NCBI GenBank assembly: GCA_038321985.1 | Contig: JBBQFN010000002.1 | Location: 1 to 64,000 of the forward strand | Length of the DNA stretch: 64,000 nucleotides | Direction of reading: 5' to 3' | Source of the DNA: Cyanophyceae cyanobacterium | GTDB taxonomy: Bacteria > Cyanobacteriota > Cyanobacteriia > Cyanobacteriales > Laspinemataceae | Shown: piece after piece, positions 60,609 to 64,000 of the stretch | Layout of the letters: every line of letters begins with the position of its first letter | How positions within the stretch are numbered: the stretch's first letter is position 1 | The notes under the pieces: generated by a model | What the model saw: only the letters and a program-made list of their open reading frames with translations | What the model was told of the DNA's origin: nothing | Databases searched by the model: none | Program-made: the position numbers and the translations under genes

Positions 60609-62047
60609 GTATTCAACGTCAATATAGTTTGCCGAATTGCAAGCTGGTTTTAGAGGGGTTAACCGACGAGAACCTACAGGGCGATCGCCCCGAGGGACGA
60701 CCTCTGATGTCGATTTTGGTCAGTGCGGAGTGCTATTTATCCCCCCGTCTGGAACCGATCGCTGGGGGACAGGAGTTTTTTCAAAGTTTGGTGAATGTAG
60801 TGAGCCACTATGCCCAAGAATTTCTCAGCGGCATCAAGCGCTTCTCTTTCTATAACATACCCGTGGAACCCCGCGATGGTGGACCTGCGCCGGTGCAGTT
60901 ACAAAAAATTAATTCCAATTTGCATCGCCTGATTGTTCATCCCCAGGAGTCTTATAACAGCACTCCGATTGAGATTGATTTGAGTTCGGTGCAGCTTTTT
61001 GACTTGGTGGAAGCAGTGGATCAATTCTGCGCTGATACCCAGACTCTGCCCCAAATCCACGGCCATTTAAGGTCTTTAAGCCGGCAAGAAGCCAAAGTTC
61101 ACGAACCTGTTGCTAAACGGGCTTTACCTGCCGCTGTGGGGGTCTCTAGTTTAGCGGTGGCGGCTTTGGCATTTTTCTTGATGCCAATTCCTGAATATCA
61201 ACGCCCGATTGAAGTGGTCCCCACAGAGAGTTCCGAGGAGTCTCGCGGGGGAAATCAGGCGATCGCCGGTGGCAATGGAGGCAACCCCCCGGAGGGTTCC
61301 CCCCCAGGTACGTCTCAATTAGGCGCAACTCTGGTGAGCAATCGACCGATTACTGATGTTAGTCAATTGCAGAGTCTGGAACGAGAGGTTTATAACCAAA
61401 TCGAGCGCGCTTGGACAACAACTCCGACGTTTAATCAGGGCTTAGTGTATCAAGTCGCCGCCGGTACGGACGGTGCCATTATCGGCTATAAACCGGAAAA
61501 TGAAGCCGCACGGGATTATCAAGATGAAACCCCGCTGTTGGATTTGGTTTACATTCCCGTTGAAGGGGGTACGGCAACGGCAGAAGAGGTGGCCTTATTT
61601 GAGGTGGTGTTTGAACCTGAAGGCAGACTCCAAGTGAGTCCTTGGTCCAGCGATCGCGCCGAGGAAACACAGGAAACCCAGGAAACACAGGAAACACAGA
61701 CAACAGAAGTAACCCCGGTTTCTGACATTCGAGATCCGGCGGTCCTAGAACCGTTACAACAGGAAATTTACGAAACGATCGACCGCGCCTGGACCCAAAA
61801 TCCGGAGTTTGATCGCGAGCTAATCTACCGGATTTGGGTGAATGCTTCCGGGGCGATCGTGGACTATGAAGCCACTAATCCACTGGCAGAAAATGCTCTG
61901 AATCAAACTCCCCTGAAAGAGTTACATCAGCCCTCCGCAGATTATGTGCGCAACACCACCGGCACCAATTCCTCCTTGGCTGAATTCCGGGTTGTTTTTA
62001 CCCCCTCGGGCATCTTGCAAGTTAGCCCCTGGAAGGGTTTTCGGTAG
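60605..62047 (+). CDS. DUF4335 domain membrane protein
   Basis: QRQYSLPNCKLVLEG, QLFDLVEAVDQF, one TM, duplicated C-terminal domain; overlaps the DUF3038 stop by 4 nt. Confidence 0.8.
   Translation: MSIQRQYSLPNCKLVLEGLTDENLQGDRPEGRPLMSILVSAECYLSPRLEPIAGGQEFFQSLVNVVSHYAQEFLSGIKRFSFYNIPVEPRDGGPAPVQLQKINSNLHRLIVHPQESYNSTPIEIDLSSVQLFDLVEAVDQFCADTQTLPQIHGHLRSLSRQEAKVHEPVAKRALPAAVGVSSLAVAALAFFLMPIPEYQRPIEVVPTESSEESRGGNQAIAGGNGGNPPEGSPPGTSQLGATLVSNRPITDVSQLQSLEREVYNQIERAWTTTPTFNQGLVYQVAAGTDGAIIGYKPENEAARDYQDETPLLDLVYIPVEGGTATAEEVALFEVVFEPEGRLQVSPWSSDRAEETQETQETQETQTTEVTPVSDIRDPAVLEPLQQEIYETIDRAWTQNPEFDRELIYRIWVNASGAIVDYEATNPLAENALNQTPLKELHQPSADYVRNTTGTNSSLAEFRVVFTPSGILQVSPWKGFR
61661..61702 (+). 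repeat. 9-bp in-frame tandem repeat (ETQ)n
   Basis: gaaacacag gaaacccag gaaacacag gaaacacag. Confidence 0.8.
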
Positions 62048-62449
62048 GAGTCAGCCAGTCCGGAGGTAGCGATCGCACTGAGGCTTTTACTCAGGGGTTT
62101 ATGGAAGTTGGATCACCGTCTCCTAAACTCGGGGAAACCTATCTGTAAATAGGGGCTTTTCCCCCGGAGTTGCCCCTATCTAGAGTGCGGTTGAGTCAGT
62201 CTTGTCGCCAATCCCCGGTTTAGGGAGCGAAACGTTCTGATTTCAACCCAAACTTCAGGGAGACAACCCAGTTTCTGAGGTAGGTGGGGTTAGTTTTAAC
62301 CCAGGCAAGGGGCAGCGGCCAATTGCCAAGGGAGGGCGATCGCTGCTAAATGTATCTGTTAACTGGTAATAGTCAGTAGCTATCCACCCCTAAGCATTCA
62401 CTTCTGACAATTCCTCCTTTAACCACCTACCATTGAGCGCTGACGCAAC

Positions 62450-63457
62450 ATGAAAGTCGTATTCTTCGGTACTCCCCATTTTGCTGTTCCCACATTGCAA
62501 ATCCTGTTAGCCACCCCCGAGGTTGACGTATTAGCTGTGGTCACTCAGCCGGATAAACGTCGCAGTCGCGGCAGCCAATTAGACCATTCCCCAGTCAAAT
62601 CTTTAGCCTTAGACCACAATCTCCCCGTCTGGCAGCCTCAACGAGTTAAAAAAGATAGCGATACGCTGGATTTTCTGAGGCAATCTCAGGCGGATCTATT
62701 TGTTGTAGTGGCTTACGGACAGATTTTATCTCAGGAAATTCTAGATATGCCCGCCCTGGGCTGTGTCAATGTCCACTCCTCTCTCTTACCCAAATATCGA
62801 GGGGCCGCTCCCATTCAATGGTCCCTGTACAATGGTGAGGTGGAAACCGGCGTAACAACGATGCAAATGGAGGCCGGATTGGATACCGGACCAATCCTAC
62901 TCACGGCCCAAGTCCCCATCGAATTGTTAGATAATGCTGAGCGCTTGGCTCATACTCTCTCTGCTGTAGGGGCCGAGTTGTTACTGGAAACCGTCGTAAA
63001 GTTAGGCCGTCAGCAAATCCAGCCTATCCCCCAAAATGATCCAGACTCGACCTACGCGCCGTTAATCCAGAAAGAGAATTATCTGCTGGATTGGTCCCGC
63101 AGTGCGATCGCCCTGCATAACCAAATTCGCGGCTTTTTCCCCAACTGCATCACGCAATTTCGCGGCCAGGACCTTAAAATTATAGCGACGGCACCCGTAG
63201 GCGATCGCTACTGGGACAAACTTCCCCCCTCATTTAGCGTTCTCGAACACAATTGGCCTGCCCTCTATTCCGGAGAGGGCAAACCCGGTGAAATTGTCAG
63301 TATTGCCAAACATATCGGGCCGATTATCCAAACCGGCGACGGTCTTTTACTATTACAGCAAGTCCAGTTTGCGGGTAAACGCGCTCAGTCGGGATGGGAT
63401 TTTGCAAATGGGATGCATTTGCTCGTGGGCGAAATGTTGGCTAATGGTGATGCTTAA
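62450..63457 (+). CDS. fmt: Methionyl-tRNA formyltransferase
   Basis: [43 protein letters not shown]. Confidence 0.96.
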   Translation: MKVVFFGTPHFAVPTLQILLATPEVDVLAVVTQPDKRRSRGSQLDHSPVKSLALDHNLPVWQPQRVKKDSDTLDFLRQSQADLFVVVAYGQILSQEILDMPALGCVNVHSSLLPKYRGAAPIQWSLYNGEVETGVTTMQMEAGLDTGPILLTAQVPIELLDNAERLAHTLSAVGAELLLETVVKLGRQQIQPIPQNDPDSTYAPLIQKENYLLDWSRSAIALHNQIRGFFPNCITQFRGQDLKIIATAPVGDRYWDKLPPSFSVLEHNWPALYSGEGKPGEIVSIAKHIGPIIQTGDGLLLLQQVQFAGKRAQSGWDFANGMHLLVGEMLANGDA

Positions 63458-63482
63458 GTGCCTCTAGAAACGCGATCAATGC

Positions 63483-63863
63483 CTAACTAGGGAGCGATCG
63501 CGCTTCTTCGGATGAGTTTTCAAAAAAGCGGCATCCTGCACAGGGTCCTTCTGGGTTGACGGCACAGCGAATCAGTTCAGATTTAGCGTTGAAGCGGCAA
63601 CTGGCCTCTCCAATCACCCAGCGTCCCTCTACAAGGCTTTTTTCAATCGGTCGCTGCGCTGACTGAACGTACAGGGCAATATTGTGTAAGTGATAGCGAC
63701 CCGATTTCAGTTGATATCGGTGGCGGCGTTCTAGCACGGCATAGGTTTTTCCTTCCAGATCCAGATAGTGACCCGGTTGCGGATTCCAATCTAAATGCAC
63801 TTTCCCCAAGGATTGCGAGGGCTTGGTCAGTATCACCTCTGTGGGTAAAGAATCGGGTTCCAT
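63483..63863 (-). CDS. DUF6464-like conserved cyanobacterial protein
   Basis: PQPG.YL, LERRHRY, IG...C.FNA.S...RCAVNP.GPC..C. Confidence 0.75.
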   Translation of the reverse strand: MEPDSLPTEVILTKPSQSLGKVHLDWNPQPGHYLDLEGKTYAVLERRHRYQLKSGRYHLHNIALYVQSAQRPIEKSLVEGRWVIGEASCRFNAKSELIRCAVNPEGPCAGCRFFENSSEEARSLPS

Positions 63864-64000
63864 AGATTCCTCTGTGATTTTCTTTACCTTTTTACGTTAG
63901 CTTACACCGCCCCTGGATGCCGAAACTCCTGCCGATCGCTTTTAACCTTGACTTTGCTGGCGCTCTACTGGGGGATCGGCTTCTATACCGACGGGCTTTC

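Overview
This is 64 kb of a filamentous cyanobacterial chromosome (Oscillatoriales-like; the HIP1 octamer GCGATCGC is very frequent). Most of it is ordinary core and metabolic genome: 5' end of cphB, trmD, two DUF1517 genes, an ABC1 kinase, a GAF-GAF-PAS adenylate cyclase, recN, ppa, panD, GH13/GH31/debranching enzymes and a GT4, a multi-PAS hybrid histidine kinase, an L,D-transpeptidase, a CsoR/InrS repressor, ccmP, ccmK3/ccmK4, glyA, leuCD, tex, kaiC/kaiB, apt and fmt. The main accessory block is about 3.6-10.2 kb. It holds a TPR-CHAT (caspase-like) protease, a translationally coupled ~108-aa protein and a ~496-aa coiled-coil protein with two C-terminal TM helices, which together look like a three-gene protease-gated conflict/signalling module. 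The module is split by an antisense Rpn/DUF4351 gene, carries an in-frame REP palindrome inside the CHAT domain, and is bordered by a decayed toxin-antitoxin pair. Other notable items are a catalytically degenerate cyclase paralogue behind the real cyclase, a KaiA-less KaiC2/KaiB-type pair, and two unannotated small ORFs converging on a MITE-like palindrome. I saw no CRISPR array, tRNA, rRNA or intact IS. All calls come from reading the sequence and recalling family motifs; no database search was run.
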